From Patescibacteria group bacterium (lineage in GTDB: Bacteria; Patescibacteriota; Saccharimonadia; Saccharimonadales; 2-12-FULL-41-12), in contig JBBTSC010000001.1 in the NCBI GenBank assembly GCA_038064875.1, positions 187,004 through 251,003 of the forward strand: DNA of 64,000 nt, in the 5' to 3' direction. Position 1 is the first letter of the stretch, and each line of letters starts with the position of its first letter. The translations under genes were made by a program, and so were the position numbers. The notes under the pieces were generated by a model that saw only the letters and a program-made list of their open reading frames with translations, was not told where the DNA came from and ran no database searches. Shown here in pieces: positions 53,783 to 62,439 of this stretch.

Positions 53783-54081
53783 AGCTGAGCCTCCTGACGC
53801 AAAGACGGCTTGAAATCCTTGGTCGCTATGGTCATCTCTCCAGCAACACGTCCCATAGTGTATTCAGCAGGCCTCATGGCTGAAAGATGTGTGCTTTGAT
53901 CATTCATTTCCGGATGATCAGCAACACCGTCAATGATACCTCTTCTAAGAGCAATCATGCCTGCTGCATCAACTGGTTCGTATGCACCAAGTTCTTCGCA
54001 AGCATCAGGGCTAAGCCCTTGAGCTTCAAACTCTATAGCTGGTATAAATCTATTTTGTGGACGTATGTTTGAAACAGTCAT
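53779..54081 (-). CDS. hypothetical 100-aa protein inserted between rplB and rpsS
   Basis: ATG lies 2 nt after the rplB TAA (TAATTATG). Its TGA overlaps the rpsS ATG (ATGA). The frame fills the whole spacer. No known motif. Confidence 0.55.
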   Translation of the reverse strand: MTVSNIRPQNRFIPAIEFEAQGLSPDACEELGAYEPVDAAGMIALRRGIIDGVADHPEMNDQSTHLSAMRPAEYTMGRVAGEMTIATKDFKPSLRQEAQL

Positions 54082-54083
54082 AA

Positions 54084-54938
54084 TTATTTCCTCTTAGCCA
54101 TGTGACGGCTTCTTAAAATTAGCTTGTTGACCTTCTTACGACTTCTGGTCTTGAACCCTAGGGTCTTCTGTCCCCAAGGTGTTCGAGGTGCAGAACCGTG
54201 GTTCTTACCACCACCAATACCGTGTCGTCCACCATCACCACCACCGTGAGGGTGATCAGCTGCGTTCATCACAACACCACGGACCGACGGACGGATACCT
54301 TTATGTCGTGATCTACCAGCTTTACCAACCTTGATGTTTTGGTGTTGCTCGTTACCAACTACGCCTATGCTTGCCATGCAAGTAAGCAGAACTCTTCTCA
54401 CTTCGCCACTTGGCAATTTGATCTGGGCGTAATTATCTTCTTTTGCGACGAGCTGTGCACTGGCACCAGCGCTTCTGACCATCTGCGCACCTTTGCCAGG
54501 TGTCATTTCAATCCCGTGAATCACACTACCAGTTGGGATACTCTCTAGTGGCAATCTGTTAGCACTATCAATCGCAACTTCCGCGCCTACACTTACTTTG
54601 TCACCTTGGCGTAGTTTTCCTGTAGCAACAATATAGTGATATTTGTTATTTTGGTCTTTAATACGAGCAATTCGGGCGCTTCGGTTCGGGTCATATTCTA
54701 TATGTTCAACAACTGCTTCAGTGCCAGCAGGAAGGTTGAAGTTAACAATACGATAGAATTTCTTAGCTCCACCACCTTTGTGACGAGTTGTGATCCTACC
54801 TTGGTTGTTTCGTCCTGATCCACGTTTTTTAACAGCTAGAAGTGATTTTAGTGGCTTTCGAGTTGTGATAGCGTCAAAATCTTGACTTGTCATTCCTCTT
54901 CGCCCAGGAGTAGTAGGGTTATATAACTTTATAGCCAT
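54084..54938 (-). CDS. rplB: 50S ribosomal protein L2
   Basis: GRNNQGRITTRHKGGG...MNAADHPHGGGDGG. Confidence 0.97.
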   Translation of the reverse strand: MAIKLYNPTTPGRRGMTSQDFDAITTRKPLKSLLAVKKRGSGRNNQGRITTRHKGGGAKKFYRIVNFNLPAGTEAVVEHIEYDPNRSARIARIKDQNNKYHYIVATGKLRQGDKVSVGAEVAIDSANRLPLESIPTGSVIHGIEMTPGKGAQMVRSAGASAQLVAKEDNYAQIKLPSGEVRRVLLTCMASIGVVGNEQHQNIKVGKAGRSRHKGIRPSVRGVVMNAADHPHGGGDGGRHGIGGGKNHGSAPRTPWGQKTLGFKTRSRKKVNKLILRSRHMAKRK

Positions 54939-55300
54939 TACTTCTTACTCCCTTTAGCCTTCTTGGCTATTTTTTCGGCTTCTTTCTTTTCTTTCTCCTC
55001 AGTTGCTTGAATCTCAGCAAAGAAAGGCAATGATTCACCGTCTTTAATACGCACAAAAGCCTTTTTGTTATCGACACGCTTACCGTATACGGCTTTTCCG
55101 CCTTTACGATATGAACGCTTTGTTTTGCCTTTGATTATTGCTATCCGGACATCTTCAGGAGTTACGTTATAGGTACTTTGGACTAATTTGGCAATTTCGA
55201 TCTTGTTAGTATCACCAACAACATCAAATACATATGTGTTTTGGCTCAGTGCTAGAGCATATGTCTTCTCAGTCATTCTTGGCTTTAGCACGATATCCAT
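54938..55300 (-). CDS. rplW: 50S ribosomal protein L23
   Basis: Start placed at ATG 55300 (MDIVLKPRMTEK), 1 nt after the rplD stop. FDVVGDTNKIEIAKLV. Confidence 0.93.
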   Translation of the reverse strand: MDIVLKPRMTEKTYALALSQNTYVFDVVGDTNKIEIAKLVQSTYNVTPEDVRIAIIKGKTKRSYRKGGKAVYGKRVDNKKAFVRIKDGESLPFFAEIQATEEKEKKEAEKIAKKAKGSKK

Positions 55301-55301
55301 T

Positions 55302-55940
55302 TTATTTGTCTCCTCCGAGCCAGTCAGACACAGCTGTATTTGCCTTGGCACACATCACAATACTGTCTGCGTTAATCACATCAAATACATTAAGATACTG
55401 GGCTTGGACTACTTTAACATCTTCTAGATTTCTAGTAGCTAGAGCATCTCCTGGCTTATTGCAAACAACAACTAAAATTCTGCGCTTAGCGCCAACTTTT
55501 TTGAGCAGTGACGCGAAATCTTTAGTCTTGCCATTCAACCCTTTAAATTCATCAACAATTATAATCTTTCCAGATTGAGCAGATAGAGTGAGAGCTTGAC
55601 GAATTGCAAGTCTCTTAGCCTTGATATTGACCTTTTTAGAGTAGTTCTCGTTGCCAGTTGGGCCGAAAGTGATACCACCACCACGCCAGATAGGCACTCT
55701 AGAGCTACCGAACCTGGCACGTCCTGTGCCCTTTTGCTTCCATGGTTTTTTACCACCACCGCTGACTTCACCACGAGTTTTTGTAACTGCGAAGTTTTCA
55801 CGTCCATTTGCTAGATACGCAACATATGCTTGTTTGATTAGATTGTGAGTTTTAACCTCTACACCAAAAACAGCTTTATCTAAAGATACTTTCTTTGTAG
55901 ACTTAGCGCCTGTAGCAGTAAAGGTAGTTACTGAGCTCAT
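55302..55940 (-). CDS. rplD: 50S ribosomal protein L4
   Basis: GGGKKPWKQKGTGRARFGSSRVPIWRGGG. Confidence 0.97.
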   Translation of the reverse strand: MSSVTTFTATGAKSTKKVSLDKAVFGVEVKTHNLIKQAYVAYLANGRENFAVTKTRGEVSGGGKKPWKQKGTGRARFGSSRVPIWRGGGITFGPTGNENYSKKVNIKAKRLAIRQALTLSAQSGKIIIVDEFKGLNGKTKDFASLLKKVGAKRRILVVVCNKPGDALATRNLEDVKVVQAQYLNVFDVINADSIVMCAKANTAVSDWLGGDK

Positions 55941-56554
55941 TGCTTGACCGCCTGTTTGACTATAACAATACTCTTTTTTGGTCCTGGAACTGCGCCAGTA
56001 ACAGCAATAACTTTTTCTTCTGGTAGAACAAATGCGATTCGTAAGTTTTGGGTTGTGACGCTCACGTGCCCCATTTGTCCTGCCATCTTCTTGCCTTTAA
56101 AAATCTTTTGTGGATACATTGATCCGATAGAGCCAGGACGTCGATAGCTACGGCCACCGTGAGTTTTGCGACCACGGTGAAAATTATGTCGTTTGATAGT
56201 TCCTGCCCAACCTTTTCCTTTGCTGGTACCAGTTACATCGATCTTGTCGCCAGGCTCAAAAACATCGAGAGAAATGGTATCACCAACTTTAACGTCTTCT
56301 GGAAGTTCATCTACACGAAATTCTCTGAGCGTTTTGGGTGTTACTTTTGAATTTTTAAGGTGTCCGAGAAGTGATTTGCCGAGATTTTTGCCAGATCCCA
56401 TACCCACTTGTAGTGCATTGTATCCGTCTGTTTCTACACTTTTAATCTGTGTCACCACATTGTCTTCAACAGAAAGAATCGTCACAGGTGTCAGTACGCC
56501 GTTTTCATCAACGGTGCTAGTCATACCAATTTTTTTGGTGATCAATGCTTTCAA
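55937..56554 (-). CDS. rplC: 50S ribosomal protein L3
   Basis: TTG start with an AGGAG RBS. MKALITKKIGMTS...GKGWAGTIKRHNF. Confidence 0.95.
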   Translation of the reverse strand: MKALITKKIGMTSTVDENGVLTPVTILSVEDNVVTQIKSVETDGYNALQVGMGSGKNLGKSLLGHLKNSKVTPKTLREFRVDELPEDVKVGDTISLDVFEPGDKIDVTGTSKGKGWAGTIKRHNFHRGRKTHGGRSYRRPGSIGSMYPQKIFKGKKMAGQMGHVSVTTQNLRIAFVLPEEKVIAVTGAVPGPKKSIVIVKQAVKQ

Positions 56555-56589
56555 GACCTAGTCTCCTGTGACTTAAATTTATTAACTTT

Positions 56590-56701
56590 TTATAATAAAA
56601 CTCGGTGTTACCAGTGTGGTTTCAGATGATTTCTGACCTACAGATAACACCAATTTATATCAACTTCTAACAGTTTAGCATAAATGCTCTACTACTGTCA
56701 A
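56590..56701 (-). promoter_or_regulatory. internal promoter (TTGACA-18-TAAACT) plus structured leader upstream of rplC
   Basis: Minus strand: TTGACA at 56701-56696 and TAAACT at 56677-56672. The leader hairpin is GGTGTTA (56651-56645) ... TAACACC (56610-56604) enclosing TCAGA-loop-TCTGA, followed by GAGTTTTATTAT. Confidence 0.45.
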
Positions 56702-56760
56702 TATGTAGTTAATTTTACAAATCTATTTGGCATGGGTTAGCGCATTTGCCTAAAAGAGGT

Positions 56761-57516
56761 TTAAACTTGGATTCTATCTAATAAAGCATGTTCGGCAACT
56801 GAACTAGGGGCATAGTGCTCCGCCATATGTTTCATAAACCTAGCTTGTGGGCTGTCTGCTCCAACATTATCAACAAACTCAGCTAACTTTGAAGGATTCT
56901 CAAGTAATCCAAAAATTTTTACAACTGCAATAACACGCACTAGATTAATATCTATTCCATCATTATCAGCCTGTTCTTCTCTTAGCTGATTTGTCAGATC
57001 TTTAACGATCTCTGGTTCAATTAAAGGCTGAATCCCTACTGCATTCATTCCAAACGCAACGGCTCCGATTCCCTTTATATCTGGAAAACGAGGATCTGTG
57101 ATTGACTTAGTTGGCTTATTGGTTATTTGAACCGAACTCACTCTTTCTGCAATGTCATCCTGAACTCCTGGATTAGCGCTGTGATGATCCGCCATATGTT
57201 TCATAAACCTAGCTTGTGGGCTGTCTACCCCTACGAGTTCTATGTATTCCTCAAGAGCACCTTCATCTTCTGTATTAATGAGATCAAAGACTAAAGATAG
57301 AGCCCAAGGACGTAACACATCGATTTCATTATCACTGGTGATAGCATCTTGACCATTATTACTATTTAAATCTTTCAGCTCATTAATAATCTCGGGGTCG
57401 ATGGGTGGCTGGACACCTGTATCATTCATTTTGCATGCTAATTCACCAAAGAATTGCCCAACAGGCAAAACTATCCGCGCTATTGTTTCTCCACGTATTT
57501 CAGATGTATCTCTCAT
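56761..57516 (-). CDS. hypothetical protein with two copies of a ~120-aa repeat domain (signature VG.DSPQARFMKHMAEH)
   Basis: 251 aa. Each half contains G(V/I)QP.I(D/E)PEI..(L)... and VG(V/A)DSPQARFMKHMA(D/E)H. It lies between rpsJ and rplC. Confidence 0.6.
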   Translation of the reverse strand: MRDTSEIRGETIARIVLPVGQFFGELACKMNDTGVQPPIDPEIINELKDLNSNNGQDAITSDNEIDVLRPWALSLVFDLINTEDEGALEEYIELVGVDSPQARFMKHMADHHSANPGVQDDIAERVSSVQITNKPTKSITDPRFPDIKGIGAVAFGMNAVGIQPLIEPEIVKDLTNQLREEQADNDGIDINLVRVIAVVKIFGLLENPSKLAEFVDNVGADSPQARFMKHMAEHYAPSSVAEHALLDRIQV

Positions 57517-57524
57517 AATGCTCT

Positions 57525-57974
57525 CTACTGCGCAGGTAGTGGTTCTATTGTATTAGTACTGAGATTTATCTGCGCTCGCATTCCGCTTGTTTGACTCGAA
57601 CTTACTCTTTTAGCAATTTCTTCTTGAGCCTTTGGGCCTGCGCTATGATGCTCTGCCATGTGTCGCATAAATCGTGCCTGTGGACTGTCTATGCCAACAC
57701 TCTGAGTATACTCGCCTAACACGTCGGCTTTCTCAATGAGTTTAAATACTAGTGAAAGTGACTGAGCTCGCAGTGCGTCAATCTCAGATACGGGGACTCT
57801 CTGAGTACTGTTCGCAGTTGCGTCTTTGAGTCCGGTGATGACGTCCGGGTCTATCGGGGGCTGGATGCCACTCGCATTCATTTTACATGCTAACGCACCG
57901 AGGCCTTGTTCGGTAGGCATTCCCATCCGCGCTAACTCAATAGCTTCTGCAGTTATTTCAGGTGTATTTGTCAT
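57525..57974 (-). CDS. hypothetical protein, single-domain paralog of the 251-aa repeat protein
   Basis: 149 aa: GALACKMNASGIQPPIDPDVITGLKD...VGIDSPQARFMRHMAEHHSAGPKAQEEIAKRVSS. Confidence 0.6.
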   Translation of the reverse strand: MTNTPEITAEAIELARMGMPTEQGLGALACKMNASGIQPPIDPDVITGLKDATANSTQRVPVSEIDALRAQSLSLVFKLIEKADVLGEYTQSVGIDSPQARFMRHMAEHHSAGPKAQEEIAKRVSSSQTSGMRAQINLSTNTIEPLPAQ

Positions 57975-58024
57975 AATTCTTACAAAACAATACCAGATTA
58001 TTGCTGGCTGTGCAAGTGGTTTAT

Positions 58025-58357
58025 CTACATTTTTATTTCAGCGTCGCAACCTGCTGGTAATGACAGATTCATCAAACTATCGATCGTCTTGGCAGTTGGC
58101 TCTACGACATCAATAAGGCGCTTGTGAACACGCATCTCAAATTGTTCACGTCCTTTTTTGTAAACATGTGGACTTTTTATCACCGTGTAGGTGCTTCTTT
58201 TTGTTGGCAGCGGGATAGGTCCAGATACCTTTGCGCCAGTTCGGATAGCAGTATCTACGATCTGCCTTGCTGACTGGTCTATTACTTTGTGATCATAAGC
58301 CTTGAGGCGAATTCGAATTCGCTGTTTAGTTGGCTTGTCTGCGGGTGTCGCACTCAT
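58025..58357 (-). CDS. rpsJ: 30S ribosomal protein S10
   Basis: [25 protein letters not shown]...[24 protein letters not shown]. Confidence 0.97.
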   Translation of the reverse strand: MSATPADKPTKQRIRIRLKAYDHKVIDQSARQIVDTAIRTGAKVSGPIPLPTKRSTYTVIKSPHVYKKGREQFEMRVHKRLIDVVEPTAKTIDSLMNLSLPAGCDAEIKM

Positions 58358-58465
58358 AAAATTTCTCCTTTTCGTGCTCTAACGTGTACATCCGTTAACA
58401 TTTATTTAATTGTCCATATACTCTACCAGATAAAGCACAAAAAGAAAAGAGTAAGGTTATTAAAG

Positions 58466-58596
58466 CTGACAGATAATTTCAGGATTGCAGTGCAGAGTAA
58501 AAACAGAGCACTAAAAAAGAGCTGTACGCGAGGTACTGCTCTTTTTTATGTCGCAGGTTTTTGCCTGCAATGTTCCCTGAGAATTATCTGTCAAGG
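58466..58596. repeat. ~130-bp compound palindrome in the tuf-rpsJ spacer, enclosing the tuf terminator
   Basis: Outer arms CTGACAGATAATTTCAGGATTGCAG (58466-58490) and CTGCAATGTTCCCTGAGAATTATCTGTCAAG (58565-58595) pair over about 24 bp with small bulges. Confidence 0.55.
58513..58547. terminator. bidirectional rho-independent terminator (tuf terminator on the minus strand)
   Basis: AAAAAAGAGCTGTAC-GCGAG-GTACTGCTCTTTTTT: a GC-rich stem flanked by an A-run and a T-run. Confidence 0.7.
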
Positions 58597-59781
58597 TTAT
58601 TTGTTGATTTTGGTAACAACACCAGCACCAACAGTACGGCCACCTTCACGGATAGCGAAGCGTAGACCTTGCTCCATAGCAATAGCTGATTGAAGTTTTA
58701 CCTTAAAGGTGATTGTGTCACCAGGCATAACCATTTCTTTGTCAGCTGGAAGTTCAACTTCACCAGTTACATCTGTAGTTCGGAAATAGAACTGAGGTTT
58801 GTAACCCTTGAAGAATGGAGTGTGACGTCCACCCTCTTCTTTAGTTAGAACATATACTTCAGCATCAAACTCTGTGTGTGGAGTGATAGTTCCTGGTTTT
58901 GCAAGAACTTGACCACGCTCAATTTGTTCACGCTCGATACCACGAAGGAGTACACCAACGTTATCACCAGCTTGACCTTGGTCAAGAAGCTTTTTGAACA
59001 TTTCGACACCCGTAACGACGCTCTTTTGAGTATCTTTAATACCGACGATTTCAACTTCTTCGTTGATCTTTACGATACCTGCTTCAACACGGCCTGTAGC
59101 AACAGTACCACGACCCTTGATTGAGAAAACATCTTCAATAGGCATTAGGAATGGCTTGTCTAAGTCACGCTTTGGCTCTGGAATGTATTCATCCATAGCT
59201 TTAACGAGTTCCATAACAGCGTTCATGTTCTCTTCATCGCCTTCAATAGCTTTTGTAGCAGAACCTTTGATAATAGGACAGTTTTCGTCAAATTCGTACT
59301 TAGCAAGAAGCTCACGAATATCCATCTCAACTAGTTCGACTAGTTCAGGATCAGCAAGGTCCATCTTGTTCATAAATACAAGAATACTTGGGACACCAAC
59401 TTGTTTTGCAAGAAGCACGTGTTCACGAGTCTGAGGCATAGGGCCATCAGCAGCAGATACAACAAGTACGGCACCGTCAATTTGAGCAGCACCAGTAATC
59501 ATGTTCTTAACGTAGTCAGCGTGTCCTGGCATGTCCACGTGGGCGTAGTGACGCTTTTCTGATTCGTATTCTTGGTGAGAAGTAGCGATAGTAATACCGC
59601 GAGCTTTCTCTTCTGGAGCGTTGTCGATTTGGTCGTAGTTAACGGCCTTGTTGACAGCACTTGGTAGTTTTTTTGATAGAGTCATTGTGATAGCAGCAGT
59701 AAGAGAAGTCTTACCGTGGTCCACGTGACCCATAGTTCCCACGTTAACGTGAGGTTTGCTTCGATCAAATTGATCAGCCAT
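58597..59781 (-). CDS. tuf: elongation factor Tu
   Basis: [28 protein letters not shown]. Confidence 0.98.
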   Translation of the reverse strand: MADQFDRSKPHVNVGTMGHVDHGKTSLTAAITMTLSKKLPSAVNKAVNYDQIDNAPEEKARGITIATSHQEYESEKRHYAHVDMPGHADYVKNMITGAAQIDGAVLVVSAADGPMPQTREHVLLAKQVGVPSILVFMNKMDLADPELVELVEMDIRELLAKYEFDENCPIIKGSATKAIEGDEENMNAVMELVKAMDEYIPEPKRDLDKPFLMPIEDVFSIKGRGTVATGRVEAGIVKINEEVEIVGIKDTQKSVVTGVEMFKKLLDQGQAGDNVGVLLRGIEREQIERGQVLAKPGTITPHTEFDAEVYVLTKEEGGRHTPFFKGYKPQFYFRTTDVTGEVELPADKEMVMPGDTITFKVKLQSAIAMEQGLRFAIREGGRTVGAGVVTKINK

Positions 59782-59956
59782 AATTAAATCTCCTTATTAT
59801 TAATATCTAAGTGCAGATAAATTCTAGACATTAGAATAGTACTCTGGCACAAATGTACCCTCATATCTTATATCAAATTGCTTATCTTGTAAAGAGGTAA
59901 AGTGGTTTGTTTTTGGTTGTATTTTTTATGAATCTACTTACGATACCTATGGTTAA

Positions 59957-60331
59957 TCATCCACCGATAGGGTAAATAATTGGTGGCATACTTAAAATTA
60001 TAAATATTGCTGTCAGAATACTCAAAATTATTATAAATAAGCTAAAGTAAATCGATATCTTGGTAACTAAGTAATTTTTGATAAATATATTTATAATTGA
60101 GACAACCAGATTTGCTATTGTTCCAAAAATACCAACATAGATTAGTGCCCAGCTGGAAAGTTGCCAAAGTATGCTGGCAATATTATTTATGGTACTAGGA
60201 GCCTGTCTTGATGGTCCATCCATAGAATAAAACCCAGAAAATATTCCGTAAAAAATAAAAGGAACAGATACGAGACAAATAATTATTGTAAAAATTCTAA
60301 CTTTTGTAGCAGATAAGTTAATTTTACGCAT
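59957..60331 (-). CDS. hypothetical 4-TM membrane protein inserted between fusA and tuf
   Basis: 124 aa, very hydrophobic. Visibly more AT-rich than its neighbours. No motif. Confidence 0.5.
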   Translation of the reverse strand: MRKINLSATKVRIFTIIICLVSVPFIFYGIFSGFYSMDGPSRQAPSTINNIASILWQLSSWALIYVGIFGTIANLVVSIINIFIKNYLVTKISIYFSLFIIILSILTAIFIILSMPPIIYPIGG

Positions 60332-60357
60332 AATTCAATTATGCCTTATTAAAGACA

Positions 60358-62439
60358 TTACTTGCTATTTTTAGCAATGATAGCTTCTGCAACATGACTC
60401 GGCACATCAGCGTAGTGGTCGAGCTCCATACTTGAGCTGGCACGACCTTGAGTCATAGATCGAAGGTTGGTTGTGTATCCGAACATTTCACCAAGTGGTA
60501 CAAAAGCAGTTATTTGCTTAATACCGTTTGCCAGATCTTCCATTGATTCAATACGCCCACGCTTTGCATTTAGATCACCTATCACATCACCCATAAATTC
60601 TTCAGGTGTCACAGCAACTACTTTCATAATAGGTTCTAAGAGTACTGGACTTGCCTTTTTTACACCTTCTTGGATGGCCATTGATCCGGCGATTTTAAAT
60701 GCCATTTCACTAGAGTCAACATCGTGGTAACTTCCGTCATATAGCTCTGCTTTAACGTCAACAACTGGGTAACCGGCGATAACACCGTTAGCAAGAGCTT
60801 CTTTGATACCTTCTGATACAGGTTTGATGTACTCACTCGGAACAGCTCCACCTTTTATAGAGTTGGTAAATTCAAATCCTTTACCCTCTTCGTTCTGGCC
60901 AATTCGTAGCCATACGTGACCATATTGTCCACGACCACCACTTTGCTTAACAAATTTACCTTCAACTTCAATGCCGTCTTTTCTGATAGTTTCACGGTAG
61001 GCAACCTGTGGTTGACCGATGTTGGCTTCTACATTAAATTCTCGCTTCATACGATCAACGATGATCTCTAGGTGAAGTTCACCCATACCACTGATGATAG
61101 TCTGGCCTGTGTCGTGATCTACTTTGATTCGGAACGTAGGGTCTTCTTCTGCAAGTCTCTGCATAGCTATTCCCATTTTTTCTTGGTCAGCCTTGGTCTT
61201 TGGCTCGATAGCGATAGACACAGGTGGTTCTGGGAATGTAATGCTCTCAAGAACGATTGGCTTGGCAATATCAGCGAGCGTGTGACCAGTAGTTGTAGCT
61301 TTTAGACCCACGACAGCTGCTATATCACCAGCTTTGATCTCTGTAACGTCTTCTCTTTTATCAGCCTGCATACGGACAATTCGGCCAATTCGTTCCTTTT
61401 CGCCGTTTGAACTATTTAGAATGTAACTTCCAGCTTTTAAAGTTCCTGAATATACTCTCACGAATGAAAGTTTTCCTACAAATGGGTCAGTAGCGATCTT
61501 GAATGCAAGACCTGCAAATGGTTCTGTGTCAGAAGGTTTTCGCTCAATCTCATCACCAGTCTTCACGTCTGTTCCCCATGATGATCCACGATCAATAGGA
61601 GATGGAAGAAGTTCAACAACTGCGTCTAGAACTTTTTCTACGATCACACCACGTCCGTCACCCCCAGTTACAGCGAAGAATTTTGCTGTTAATACTGCTG
61701 TTCGAATAGCTTGCTTAATATCGTCTACAGTTAGTCCTTCTTCTCCGACTTCAAGATACTTCTCTAGCATTTCTTCGTCTTCTGCAACTGCGTTTTCGAT
61801 AAGTAAGCTTCGATATTTCTTTGCTTTCTCTAACATATCCTCAGGCACTTCACCAACAACAAGTTCTTTGTCTGTGAATTCTTTGTATGTGTATGCTTTC
61901 ATCTCGATCAGGTCGACTACACCGTTGATTGATTGCTCAAAGCCAATCGGTAAGTGGATCGGAAACGCGTGTTTGTTAAGCCTAGCGTGAATAGAATCAA
62001 GTGATTTGTAGAAATCTCCACCAGTTTGGTTGATCTTGTTGATAAAACAAAAGCGAGGAACATTGTATTTATCAGCTTGTCGCCACACGGTTTCACTTTG
62101 TGATTCAACGCCCATTTTGCCGTCAAATACTGTTACAGCACCGTCAAGTACACGAAGCGATCGCTCTACTTCAACCGTAAAGTCAATGTGTCCCGGTGTA
62201 TCAATAATATTAATCTGATGATTTTTCCAGTAACAAGTCACTGCGGCGGAAGTAATCGTGATCCCACGCTCACGCTCTTGCTCCATCCAGTCGGTAGTTG
62301 TCTCACCTTCGTGTACAGCACCGATTTTGTGTTTTAGACCAGTTCGGAAAAGAATCCCTTCTGTAGTTGTAGTCTTACCTGCATCAATATGTGCAATAAT
62401 CCCAATATTTCTTAATTTGTCTAGTGGTGTCTTTGCCAT
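60358..62439 (-). CDS. fusA: elongation factor G
   Basis: [25 protein letters not shown]. 693 aa, full length. Confidence 0.98.
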   Translation of the reverse strand: MAKTPLDKLRNIGIIAHIDAGKTTTTEGILFRTGLKHKIGAVHEGETTTDWMEQERERGITITSAAVTCYWKNHQINIIDTPGHIDFTVEVERSLRVLDGAVTVFDGKMGVESQSETVWRQADKYNVPRFCFINKINQTGGDFYKSLDSIHARLNKHAFPIHLPIGFEQSINGVVDLIEMKAYTYKEFTDKELVVGEVPEDMLEKAKKYRSLLIENAVAEDEEMLEKYLEVGEEGLTVDDIKQAIRTAVLTAKFFAVTGGDGRGVIVEKVLDAVVELLPSPIDRGSSWGTDVKTGDEIERKPSDTEPFAGLAFKIATDPFVGKLSFVRVYSGTLKAGSYILNSSNGEKERIGRIVRMQADKREDVTEIKAGDIAAVVGLKATTTGHTLADIAKPIVLESITFPEPPVSIAIEPKTKADQEKMGIAMQRLAEEDPTFRIKVDHDTGQTIISGMGELHLEIIVDRMKREFNVEANIGQPQVAYRETIRKDGIEVEGKFVKQSGGRGQYGHVWLRIGQNEEGKGFEFTNSIKGGAVPSEYIKPVSEGIKEALANGVIAGYPVVDVKAELYDGSYHDVDSSEMAFKIAGSMAIQEGVKKASPVLLEPIMKVVAVTPEEFMGDVIGDLNAKRGRIESMEDLANGIKQITAFVPLGEMFGYTTNLRSMTQGRASSSMELDHYADVPSHVAEAIIAKNSK

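Noticed and set aside
58453-58600. The 8-bp direct repeat AAGGTTAT (58453-58460 and 58593-58600) as a target-site duplication flanking the tuf-rpsJ palindrome.
   Set aside because: The repeats are not equidistant from the inverted-repeat ends (a 5-nt gap on the left, overlap on the right). The right copy is constrained as the tuf C-terminal codons and stop.
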